This document shows positions 1-7,568 of a stretch of 64,000 nucleotides of DNA, piece after piece; position 1 is the first letter of the stretch, and each line of letters starts with the position of its first letter. This stretch comes from a virus, in IMG/VR virus record IMGVR_UViG_3300032282_002092, positions 1-64,000 of that record; one strand, written 5' to 3'. Under the pieces are notes generated by a model. That model saw only the letters and a list, made by a program, of their open reading frames with translations, was not told where the DNA came from and did no database searches. Position numbers and translations under genes: made by a program.

Positions 1-33
1 ATAGCGATGCGCCCATTGCATTTGCGACAGAAC

Positions 34-225
34 TCAGCCACGGAGAGCCTCCTCCCACCCGGACAGGGCGTATTCATCTTCGCAGCGGTATTCGCCGTTC
101 TCCTCGTCCTCATCGGTTTCCGAATCACGGTCTTCCCAACAGCAGTCGCACTTGCAATCGTTGTCGTCGTGACAGTAGCACCAGCACTCGTATCCATTGT
201 GTTCACATACGTGGTCAGCATCCAT
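34..225 (-). CDS. small Cys-rich acidic protein
   Basis: In-frame ATG at 225 overlaps the end of the upstream ORF; sequence MDADHVCEHNGYECWCYCHDDNDCKCDCCWED... Confidence 0.5.
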   Translation of the reverse strand: MDADHVCEHNGYECWCYCHDDNDCKCDCCWEDRDSETDEDEENGEYRCEDEYALSGWEEALRG

Positions 226-406
226 TGTGTTTCTCCAAGCGTTCATTGCGGATATCAATCTGTCGTGCAGCGCCTCGGGTATGCGCTGCGGCATCTACGA
301 GCAGGCGGCGAGCCACCCACTTCTCCCGGTCATTGCCGGGAAGGTTCTGACATTCCTCTGCAAGGCTTTCAAGCAGATCGGTCAGGTCTAACAACTGCTC
401 AAACAC
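215..406 (-). CDS. hypothetical protein
   Basis: GTG at 406 overlaps the end of 399..620; tiles into the - strand operon. Confidence 0.45.
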   Translation of the reverse strand: MFEQLLDLTDLLESLAEECQNLPGNDREKWVARRLLVDAAAHTRGAARQIDIRNERLEKHNGC

Positions 407-620
407 GGGTTGAGTCTTTCCAGTCGGCCACGATCTTGGCGATATTGGTGGGCAGATCGGTGGCTGACGCAAGGTACGTCAAGAGGGTGTGCGACAGCCC
501 GTAATAACGCTCAGTGCTGTCACGCAGGCGGTCGATCTCGTCCGCAGCGTCGGACATAATCCTGACCGACTTTGCCGAACCGACGTACTTGCGCAGCACG
601 GGAACGATGTCTACGTACAT
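399..620 (-). CDS. hypothetical phage protein
   Basis: TGATG coupling to the upstream ORF; 'AADEIDRLR' coiled-coil segment common in small phage proteins. Confidence 0.55.
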   Translation of the reverse strand: MYVDIVPVLRKYVGSAKSVRIMSDAADEIDRLRDSTERYYGLSHTLLTYLASATDLPTNIAKIVADWKDSTRV

Positions 621-871
621 CAGAACGACTCCTCGTAGCCTTCAAGCCATGCTGCATCTGCAAGGTCTTTGTACTCCATCTCGGAGACGTAACCGTACGG
701 CGTGTCTACTTCTGCGTAGGGTGCAGATTCTCTGCGAACGTCTTCAGATCGGCTGGTGTGATCGCTTGGATATCGCTCTTCTCCAAGACTGCTGCCAGCC
801 CCAGAAACAGGTTTGCCGCAAGAATCTTGATGAAGGCCGGTTCCGCTCTCAGTCGGTTGCTCATCTGTCAT
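620..871 (-). CDS. hypothetical acidic protein
   Basis: GGAG RBS before ATG at 871; tiles between the helicase and 399..620. Confidence 0.5.
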   Translation of the reverse strand: MTDEQPTESGTGLHQDSCGKPVSGAGSSLGEERYPSDHTSRSEDVRRESAPYAEVDTPYGYVSEMEYKDLADAAWLEGYEESF

Positions 872-903
872 GTCTCCAACACTATCGAAACTTTGAACGA
901 TTA

Positions 904-2457
904 TCAACTAGAAAGCAGAAATTCTTTGAGACTCTGAAAGTCCAACGGCAGCGATCCGGTTTTCTCATCAAACTTACCATCTAGGAACGCTCCAGCGACA
1001 GCCATCTTCTGTTGAAGTTGTCCTAGCATTCGCTCTTCGATGGTGTTCTTCCCATAAAGATACAGCACGGTGATCGTCTTGAAGGTTGAGGATGTCCGGT
1101 CGATGCGGCTGATTCGCTGCGACAGCGTTCCAGAACTCCAAGGCAGGTCATAGCAGATTAAGTGGCTACCCTTATCCAGATTTACGCCGTACGCACCGGC
1201 ATCGCTGGACAGGAACACACGCACGTTCTGGTCACCGTTAAATGCCTGTATCCGCTTGTCACGGTCCATCGTGGCAACGTCACCAGTGATCTTGACAGAG
1301 GTGATGCCCTTCTTTATAAGGATATTCTCTATGATGGCTAACATCGGTTTGAAATATGAGAACACCACAACCTTGTGGACTGGATCCTCATTCAGGATTT
1401 CATCGATTAGTTCAATCAATGCATCTAACTTGGCCGACTTATCGACACCTACGAGATCACCGTTGGCTCTGAGTTCGGCGGCGTAGGCAGAACCACTGCT
1501 GACGTTGGGGTCATCGAACTCGTTAGCGGATGCGCTAAGTAAATAAGGGTGGCTTGCAAGCATTCGCATCGCCAGAAGTTTGGACATCACAACGCCCTTA
1601 AGGGCATCGTTATCTGTCTTTGCGGCCCGACCATATTGGGCAAAGAGGTTGAAGCCCTGCACGTTGCCGTTAGCCATAGCATTGTCAATAGCAGCAATTA
1701 AGTCCAACTTAATTGTCTCGTGGAGTTTGAGGGTTGCCGCATCCATCGGGATAGGAATCTCAAGAGACACCATCTCAGGAAGCCACTCCTTGATGTCCTC
1801 TCTGGACTTGCGGTACATGACCTCACTCATGCACTCAAAGAGTGTGTGCAGGTTCTTGTACGAGCGTGGCCTGCCGTAGTTATCACGGGTGATGAAGGTG
1901 CGGTCGAACTTGTCGAACGGGCCTAGGATGGTCGGATCAACGAACTCCATGATGGAGAACAGTTCCTCGGGCCGGTTCTCTACGGGCTGGCCTGACAGAG
2001 CATATCGGTATTTGACCATACGCCCAAGTGCCTTAAGACGCTTGGAACGCTGTGCGGTGAACGACTTGATCGTGGTGCATTCATCGCTGACCAACCAGTC
2101 CCGTGGGCAGAACTTCTGGATGGCATCCCAATCATTGACTAGGCATTCGTAATGAAGCACAACGTAATGAAAACGACGAGCGTGACGATACTGAAGGTTG
2201 CGAGTTTTCTTATCACCATCAATTACCAATACCCTCGCTTCTGGGTCGAACCGGTTGATCTCACGCACCCATTGGAACTTGGTGCTGTTCAGGGCGAACA
2301 CCATCCCCTGAGTAGCCTTGCCCTCTTCCCGTAAACGACGGGTAATGCCGATGGTCGCTGCCGTCTTACCGGCACCCATCGTTAGGGCGATCAACAGGTT
2401 CTGGCGCTCAATGCCTTTCTCAATTACCTCTAACTGATACGGGCGGTACTCAATCAA
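904..2457 (-). CDS. SNF2-family (SF2) helicase
   Basis: RPYQ Q-motif, Walker A MGAGKT, Walker B VSDECT, motif III ALSGQPVENRPEEL, C-terminal GAYGVNL and QRISRIDR; TTG start overlaps the primase stop. Confidence 0.9.
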   Translation of the reverse strand: MIEYRPYQLEVIEKGIERQNLLIALTMGAGKTAATIGITRRLREEGKATQGMVFALNSTKFQWVREINRFDPEARVLVIDGDKKTRNLQYRHARRFHYVVLHYECLVNDWDAIQKFCPRDWLVSDECTTIKSFTAQRSKRLKALGRMVKYRYALSGQPVENRPEELFSIMEFVDPTILGPFDKFDRTFITRDNYGRPRSYKNLHTLFECMSEVMYRKSREDIKEWLPEMVSLEIPIPMDAATLKLHETIKLDLIAAIDNAMANGNVQGFNLFAQYGRAAKTDNDALKGVVMSKLLAMRMLASHPYLLSASANEFDDPNVSSGSAYAAELRANGDLVGVDKSAKLDALIELIDEILNEDPVHKVVVFSYFKPMLAIIENILIKKGITSVKITGDVATMDRDKRIQAFNGDQNVRVFLSSDAGAYGVNLDKGSHLICYDLPWSSGTLSQRISRIDRTSSTFKTITVLYLYGKNTIEERMLGQLQQKMAVAGAFLDGKFDEKTGSLPLDFQSLKEFLLSS

Positions 2458-3356
2458 CTCAGCCCCATTTGCAGGGTCCTCTTCCAAGCATGTTGAATGA
2501 CCATATCAGATTCCACGTCGCCCAAATCTTTTTCTGAGATTCCTGTGTAGATAAAGGGTATGGCTAGAGCGCCTAACTTCTTGATGATCTTTAGTGTACT
2601 ACTTGTTGCTTCCCTGCCGGGAGGATCGTTGTCCAGCGCCAGAACTATGCGATTGAAGTTTCGTGCCAGCAAGCGGCACTGCTCAACACTTACCCACGCA
2701 CCAAGTGACGACACAGCGGGGATTCCCAATCCGTAAAGACGGACGGCATCTAACGGGGATTCGACCAGCGCAATGGTGTCGTACTGACGCATCGCTGTGA
2801 TGCCGAACAGTGTCTTTGATTTTTCAACATTCTTCGGAAGGGTGAGTACCGAACCCTTTTGTCGATACTGTGCCCCTATCAACGTGCCGTCGTATGACCG
2901 TATTGGCATCACCCAGCAGCGCTTACGTGGATCCCAACGAACTTCGTACGTGTCAATGGCATCCCGGTGAAGGTTGCGCCTGCCGAGAAGATTATCCGGT
3001 ACGTCCTCCATAAGATTCTCGAGCGCCCAGTCGGTCAGAAGTGGCTCTTCCTCAGGGATATCGGCCTTTGAAACAGCCATCTTCTGCATGAAAGATGCCC
3101 GTGCAAGTTCGGCTTCAAGATTGTCTGGGGCAGTTCCGGTCAGGTCGATCAGAAGGCCGGTAAGCGTCCCCTTGTAGCCACACGAGAAGCAGTTGTGCAG
3201 GTAGGAATGCTTGTTGATTGACCATGACGCATGACGGTCAGGACGACCTAGACGATGTAAGTGCCTAGGGCATGAGCCACTGATCTCCTTGGCCGAATCA
3301 CGTAGGTTCTTGACACCAGCGTTCTGAAGAATGCCGACAAGATCAATCGTCGTCAT
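2454..3356 (-). CDS. DnaG-like DNA primase (Zn-binding domain + TOPRIM)
   Basis: CPRH...HNCFSC zinc motif; TOPRIM LVESPLD and LALDND; adjacent to DnaB. Confidence 0.88.
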   Translation of the reverse strand: MTTIDLVGILQNAGVKNLRDSAKEISGSCPRHLHRLGRPDRHASWSINKHSYLHNCFSCGYKGTLTGLLIDLTGTAPDNLEAELARASFMQKMAVSKADIPEEEPLLTDWALENLMEDVPDNLLGRRNLHRDAIDTYEVRWDPRKRCWVMPIRSYDGTLIGAQYRQKGSVLTLPKNVEKSKTLFGITAMRQYDTIALVESPLDAVRLYGLGIPAVSSLGAWVSVEQCRLLARNFNRIVLALDNDPPGREATSSTLKIIKKLGALAIPFIYTGISEKDLGDVESDMVIQHAWKRTLQMGLS

Positions 3357-4617
3357 CGTCCCACCCAGAGGTCTTAGCGGCAGCAAAGTTCTGGGTGTCG
3401 ATTTCTGCAACATGACCACGGTCCCAGTCCCACTCAATGAACATTTCCTTACGCGGGCCTGAGCGTGATTCGATGACGTGGAACTTCGACATGTTCGTAC
3501 CGTCTTGACGCTCAACACCAAGGACGAGGTCAGCGTCCTGTCCGAACGCTGATGTGTATCCGATGCTTGCCAGATTCAGGCCACCACGAGAACGGGACAC
3601 GAGTGACTGCGTGGAGACGACCACAGGGATGCGATTCGACTGGGCGAGCCTCTTGATGGATCGGGAGATGTCGGTCAGTGCGGCAGGGGAACCTTTCGGT
3701 GCGGTGCGTGGGTCAAGGTCTGAGTCCATGAGGTACACGCCGTCAATGAACACCACGTCTGGCCGGTACTGCTGGATCTTGGACTGGATGCCTGCTACCG
3801 ATGTTGCGGACGAGATGTCCGATGAGAAGTAGAACGGCTGTCCGTTCTTAAGATTCTTAAGTGCCTTCGATATCGCAATAAACTCTGCCAGCGAGGTCGT
3901 GCCGTTCAGGATTTTGGTGAGGCCAACACCGGACAACATCGATGTGAGTCGGTCCTCCTGTTCGGCATTGCTCATCTCAAAGCCCACGAACAAGGGTGTA
4001 CGGCCGTACCTCCAAGCATGCAGAGCCATGTATAACAATACAGATGACTTACCGCTCTTCGGAACGCCGGTAATGACGATGAACTGTTCTGGCTGAAGCC
4101 CACCGGTCACGTAGTCAAGACCGTTGAAGCCTGTCGGCAGACCACGCAGGTGGCCGGGATTCTGGCGGCGCTCACCGAGCCGACTGATAATGTCATTGAA
4201 CGAATAGGTAAGGTCGGTATCACGGGACCCACTGACCTCCAGTCGTGCCTTGACAAGAACGTCCTGAAGAATCTGCCGCACCTTCTGTACACGCTCAGGC
4301 TCTTCATCGTCGGCAATGACGGTCGCAATGCTGTTCAGTGCGGTGCTATAGAGAGTGTCTTCCCGGCGCAGTCGAATCTGATCGATGAAGTACGAGAGCG
4401 GCTGGGGGTCGTCTGTCCATGTGTAGGTGGGGAAGGTTCTTCCAACGACACCGGCATCGGGTGCGACACCGTAGTTCTTCCAGTGGTCAAGCAGGTACGT
4501 AAACACACGTCGGTACTTGTCATCGGGAAAGAATTCCTCAGTGATACGGCAGTCAATGAGTTCACGGAGGTCCCCATTGAGAATTGCCTTGCTGAGAAGA
4601 GCGTGCTGAATATCCAT
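3343..4617 (-). CDS. dnaB: DnaB-like replicative helicase
   Basis: GLPTGFNGLD, Walker A GVPKSGKS, FEMS, VFIDGVYLM, FGQDAD. Confidence 0.92.
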   Translation of the reverse strand: MDIQHALLSKAILNGDLRELIDCRITEEFFPDDKYRRVFTYLLDHWKNYGVAPDAGVVGRTFPTYTWTDDPQPLSYFIDQIRLRREDTLYSTALNSIATVIADDEEPERVQKVRQILQDVLVKARLEVSGSRDTDLTYSFNDIISRLGERRQNPGHLRGLPTGFNGLDYVTGGLQPEQFIVITGVPKSGKSSVLLYMALHAWRYGRTPLFVGFEMSNAEQEDRLTSMLSGVGLTKILNGTTSLAEFIAISKALKNLKNGQPFYFSSDISSATSVAGIQSKIQQYRPDVVFIDGVYLMDSDLDPRTAPKGSPAALTDISRSIKRLAQSNRIPVVVSTQSLVSRSRGGLNLASIGYTSAFGQDADLVLGVERQDGTNMSKFHVIESRSGPRKEMFIEWDWDRGHVAEIDTQNFAAAKTSGWDDDDD

Positions 4618-5031
4618 TTACCAATCGCTGCCTTTGGTAACTGCTACACCTTTTTGCCCATAACGCTGTAGGCGTTCCTTATCGCTGTCGTACACGGCCA
4701 TGATCTCTGGCCGGTACCGCAACATGAACGTCCACTCATCAAAGGGTTGGTATTCGCAGACGTTAATATCTATGCCAATTCGGTTGAAGAATTCTGCTGC
4801 TGTGTTTGCCACTTCTTCCGACAGGAAGGTTACTACATCAATAGCAGTGTCTTCAAATGTACGCTTCATGTACACAAGTCGCTTCAGGGGAATGTCAAGC
4901 CAGTGGTACGAACGGCTCACCTCACGGTGAAGTTTCACACGCTTGGATTCCTCTGCGAGATCGACCAGTACACCTTCAAGGACTACCACCATTCGGGGGA
5001 TAGCCCACTCAGATAGATCGCCCTTTTCCAT
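4618..5031 (-). CDS. conserved phage protein, possibly HAD-like fold
   Basis: VVVLEGVL resembles a degenerate HAD motif I; TGATG coupling. Confidence 0.55.
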   Translation of the reverse strand: MEKGDLSEWAIPRMVVVLEGVLVDLAEESKRVKLHREVSRSYHWLDIPLKRLVYMKRTFEDTAIDVVTFLSEEVANTAAEFFNRIGIDINVCEYQPFDEWTFMLRYRPEIMAVYDSDKERLQRYGQKGVAVTKGSDW

Positions 5032-5573
5032 CAGACGTTCGGGTCTGCTGTGCGATGGATGATTGCAAAACGTGAGCGGAGGGCTACCGCCCACTGGGTG
5101 CCGAATTTCTCAGGACTGACCTGTCCCGAGATGATCGTGATGAGTCCCTCCTTGGTTCGCTTATCTATATATGGAAGTACGAACTTCTTGAAGAACTCTG
5201 AGTCAGTTTCCTCAAACACGTCATCGATCCAAGTCAAGGGAGCAGACCATAGCGTCTCAAAGAACAGGTCCAACGTCATCCAGTCCTGCCATACGGCAAA
5301 ATCCGAGCCGTTCTGACGGAGGATGTCCCGCTGAATCCATTCACGCCGAATCTTGGACAGCAACTCTGAGGCACGGACATACTGCGCCGGTCCCTTCGTC
5401 ACGATCTCTGCATGCTTGCGGAACTCGCTGCGTGCGTACTTTGCGGCCGTCGATGTGCCAGAGCAACGTGGACCCCAAACCCATAGGCCGGTTGGCCCTG
5501 AGGCTGTCATGGCATTAGAGACAAACTCGTCAACGGCTTCGCGTACCGCTGGGTTGAGTGTCACGACCCCCAT
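5031..5573 (-). CDS. DnaC/IstB-like helicase loader with degenerate P-loop
   Basis: GLWVWGPRCSGTS, YVRASELLSKIR, TWIDDV, RTKEGLITIIS; two genes upstream of DnaB. Confidence 0.7.
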   Translation of the reverse strand: MGVVTLNPAVREAVDEFVSNAMTASGPTGLWVWGPRCSGTSTAAKYARSEFRKHAEIVTKGPAQYVRASELLSKIRREWIQRDILRQNGSDFAVWQDWMTLDLFFETLWSAPLTWIDDVFEETDSEFFKKFVLPYIDKRTKEGLITIISGQVSPEKFGTQWAVALRSRFAIIHRTADPNV

Positions 5574-5860
5574 GTGGTGTCCCGATCAATGGCAGCGATG
5601 ATGGATGCCATCGTCTCCACAGTGTCGGGGTCCAAGTACGCAATGATCTGATCCATGCGGACCTGTCCCAGTTCTAGGAAGTTGTGGATGCAATGCAGGG
5701 TATCAGCCAACTCCAACCCGATATCAGCAGGGATGCAGACATCGAACAGGGCGGTCTTCAGGACATCAGAAATCCTCTGACGCTCTTCAGTCGTGGGACT
5801 GGGCACGGTGGAGTAATACGCCAGATCGACCGCTGCTTCAGTGAGTGTGTGGTTAGCCAT
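5561..5860 (-). CDS. hypothetical protein
   Basis: ATG-started ORF overlapping the start of the loader gene. Confidence 0.55.
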   Translation of the reverse strand: MANHTLTEAAVDLAYYSTVPSPTTEERQRISDVLKTALFDVCIPADIGLELADTLHCIHNFLELGQVRMDQIIAYLDPDTVETMASIIAAIDRDTTWGS

Positions 5861-5904
5861 AGGACTTGGAAGTTACACCCTTCCGCTTGGAATAGCAACT
5901 ACGG

Positions 5905-5947
5905 AAAAATAAGAACCCTCCTGCTGGGGGAAAGCAGGAGGGTTCTT
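5905..5947 (-). terminator. rho-independent terminator
   Basis: Perfect 15-bp stem AAGAACCCTCCTGCT/AGCAGGAGGGTTCTT followed by ATTTTT on the - strand. Confidence 0.85.
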
Positions 5948-5950
5948 GGC

Positions 5951-5978
5951 AGGGCAGTTTAGACACATGCTCAGGTGT
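5951..5978 (-). ncRNA. compact H-type pseudoknot motif, copy B
   Basis: ACAC CUGAGCAU GUGU CUAAAC UGCCCU; covaries with copy A at 6209-6237. Confidence 0.6.
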
Positions 5979-6082
5979 ACCGACTCTACGCCTAACGGGG
6001 TTACTGGGTTGTTCACCCCTCGTAGCACATGCGTCGGCTGGCACGCCATACAACCATACCATTGCCGGTATAGGTGCATGGG
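5979..6082 (-). ncRNA. putative structured RNA (two stem-loop domains)
   Basis: CCAUGCA/UGUAUGG + AUACC/GGUAU hairpin; nested CCGAC/GUCGG, CUACG/CGUAG, GGGGU/ACCCC. Confidence 0.4.
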
Positions 6083-6085
6083 CAG

Positions 6086-6201
6086 TGGGTCGGGAGGGAA
6101 TCGAACCCTCAGTCTCGCAGGTAAACACAGTTCACGCTAGGAAACGCCGAGTGTGCCCATCCTAATCCTGCGACTAACGCCATGCCATCTAGCGCCGCCC
6201 C
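6086..6201 (-). ncRNA. tRNA-like RNA with a 45-nt insert in place of the anticodon loop
   Basis: Acceptor GGGGCGG/CCGACCC-A (one mismatch), D-arm CGCUA/UGGCG with GG in the loop, stem UCGCAGG/CCUGCGA, T-arm GAGGG-UUCGAUU-CCCUC. Confidence 0.75.
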
Positions 6202-6208
6202 TTGTGAT

Positions 6209-6237
6209 AGGGCAGTTTAGCGACATGCCCTAGGTCG
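6209..6237 (-). ncRNA. compact H-type pseudoknot motif, copy A
   Basis: CGAC CUAGGGCAU GUCG CUAAAC UGCCCU: P1 CGAC/GUCG, P2 AGGGCA/UGCCCU. Confidence 0.65.
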
Positions 6238-6243
6238 GTACGG

Positions 6244-6561
6244 TCAGGAGGAGGGCTGGGTCGTGACTCGCACGTAGAGCACGATGACCGGGCCGTTCAG
6301 GCCAGCCCAAGTGCCGTCGTCCTCAGTGCGGACGGCCGTCTCCCAGTTGAGGTTGTCCTGCTTGGCGTACCGACGGATGCTCTGAGCCAGAGCGCTGAGG
6401 CGGTTCCGCTCCTTCTTGTCGGAGGCCGCACGGACGGTCCAGACAATCCACTCGCCGGGGTTATCGGCGGCGATCAGTGCCTGCTTGGCACGGGGACGGC
6501 CTCGCCCCGAACGGACGGGGGTGGGAGGGGTTCGGAAGATTACGTCGGGAGTGTTCATCAC
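6244..6561 (-). CDS. small basic protein, putative nucleic-acid binding
   Basis: AT-hook-like RGRPR, NPGEW motif, GC3-rich codons; GTGA overlap with the upstream gene. Confidence 0.65.
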   Translation of the reverse strand: MMNTPDVIFRTPPTPVRSGRGRPRAKQALIAADNPGEWIVWTVRAASDKKERNRLSALAQSIRRYAKQDNLNWETAVRTEDDGTWAGLNGPVIVLYVRVTTQPSS

Positions 6562-7019
6562 ACTTTCCTTTCCTTGGCTTGTAGCCGTTCAAGTAGTGAA
6601 CTCACTTTATCGCTACCTACTAAAGGTTGCAACCTATTCTTGGAAAAATATTTCGTGAAGGCTTTCCATGCCGCTTGACCGGGCTGAAGAACAACATTCC
6701 CGTGTTCAAGGTCCGACATGAATCTGGCGACGATAGCCAGAACACCCTCCACGGTGGACATACCGTGATTAAACACCTTCTCGTTCAGGTATGAACTGAA
6801 CGGGACCTTGTCCACCGATACGTACATCACGTACTCAGGCCGCTTCTGTACCAGTGTTTCCCACTGCTCCTGAAACGATGCAATGACAATGGTGGAAGGC
6901 TTGCGGTGACGTACTGGCTTTGGCTGGTCGTCTGTTCCCCCACCGTCGTACGTGATCTTCTCCTTGCGCTTCAAGTACGGTGCCTTCTCTTTGGCTTCTG
7001 GATCTTGCCCAAAATGCAC
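6558..7019 (-). CDS. hypothetical protein (replication region)
   Basis: AGGAG RBS before GTG at 7019; the longer ORF from 7226 runs through low-complexity G/C DNA. Confidence 0.6.
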   Translation of the reverse strand: MHFGQDPEAKEKAPYLKRKEKITYDGGGTDDQPKPVRHRKPSTIVIASFQEQWETLVQKRPEYVMYVSVDKVPFSSYLNEKVFNHGMSTVEGVLAIVARFMSDLEHGNVVLQPGQAAWKAFTKYFSKNRLQPLVGSDKVSSLLERLQAKERKV

Positions 7020-7090
7020 AGTCGGTTCTCCTAAAACAAATCGGAAAAATCGGGTTGCCAACGTCGCAACCGGCGGCGTAACTTGGCTAA

Positions 7091-7212
7091 GGGGAAAGGG
7101 GGGGTAGGGGGGGTATGGGGTTGTGCTTGACACATGAATCACTCCTAGCGTCGCTACGCTCCGCTGCTCGCTTCGCTCGCGGGAGAACGAACCCCAAACC
7201 CCCCTAACCCCC
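7091..7212. other. G-run/C-run imperfect inverted repeat, candidate replication origin
   Basis: Four G-runs at 7091-7120 mirrored by C-runs at 7192-7212, enclosing the TAGCG-T-CGCTA palindrome and CGCT repeats. Confidence 0.45.
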
Positions 7213-7235
7213 GACTGGGTGTACAAGCCTGTGGC

Positions 7236-7568
7236 TTAAGGTGAAGTCTGCTCGTTTACGGGTGCAAGACGCATCGGACGACGGCTCTGTACGTTGGATA
7301 CCGGAACCGTATCGATCTGCCACACCCACTCGTACGTGCCACGCTGAATTTTCTTCAGGACGTTCACGTTGACGAGATAGTTGATGCAGTGCTGAACCGT
7401 CTGTGCATTCATGCCGATGGCTTCTGCAATCATCGGTACGTCAAGGAGCATGGGCGACGGTCGGGTAGCGATGTACGAGGACACCAACAGGACCGTTGCA
7501 CGGCGTGCATATTTGCAATCGTCTGCCGGGAAACCGGCAGTCCATACCTGCTGATATCGCTCCATCAC
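7236..7568 (-). CDS. winged helix-turn-helix protein (replication initiator-like)
   Basis: VPMIAEAIGMNAQTVQHCINYLVNVNVLKK HTH followed by a beta wing. Confidence 0.7.
   Translation of the reverse strand: MMERYQQVWTAGFPADDCKYARRATVLLVSSYIATRPSPMLLDVPMIAEAIGMNAQTVQHCINYLVNVNVLKKIQRGTYEWVWQIDTVPVSNVQSRRPMRLAPVNEQTSP

Noticed and set aside
5853-6140. Short ORFs overlapping the ncRNA cassette
   Set aside because: No RBS or motifs; they cross a strong terminator and the tRNA-like fold
6086-6201. Calling this element a tmRNA or a normal tRNA
   Set aside because: Only 116 nt, with no G3-U70 pair, no tag ORF and no 7-nt anticodon loop
5951-6237. Assigning the repeats to pistol, twister, hammerhead or HDV/theta ribozymes, or to CRISPR repeats
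   Set aside because: There is superficial pistol-like UAGGG/UAAA, but no P2/P3 and no other catalytic cores; only two copies ~230 nt apart and no cas genes
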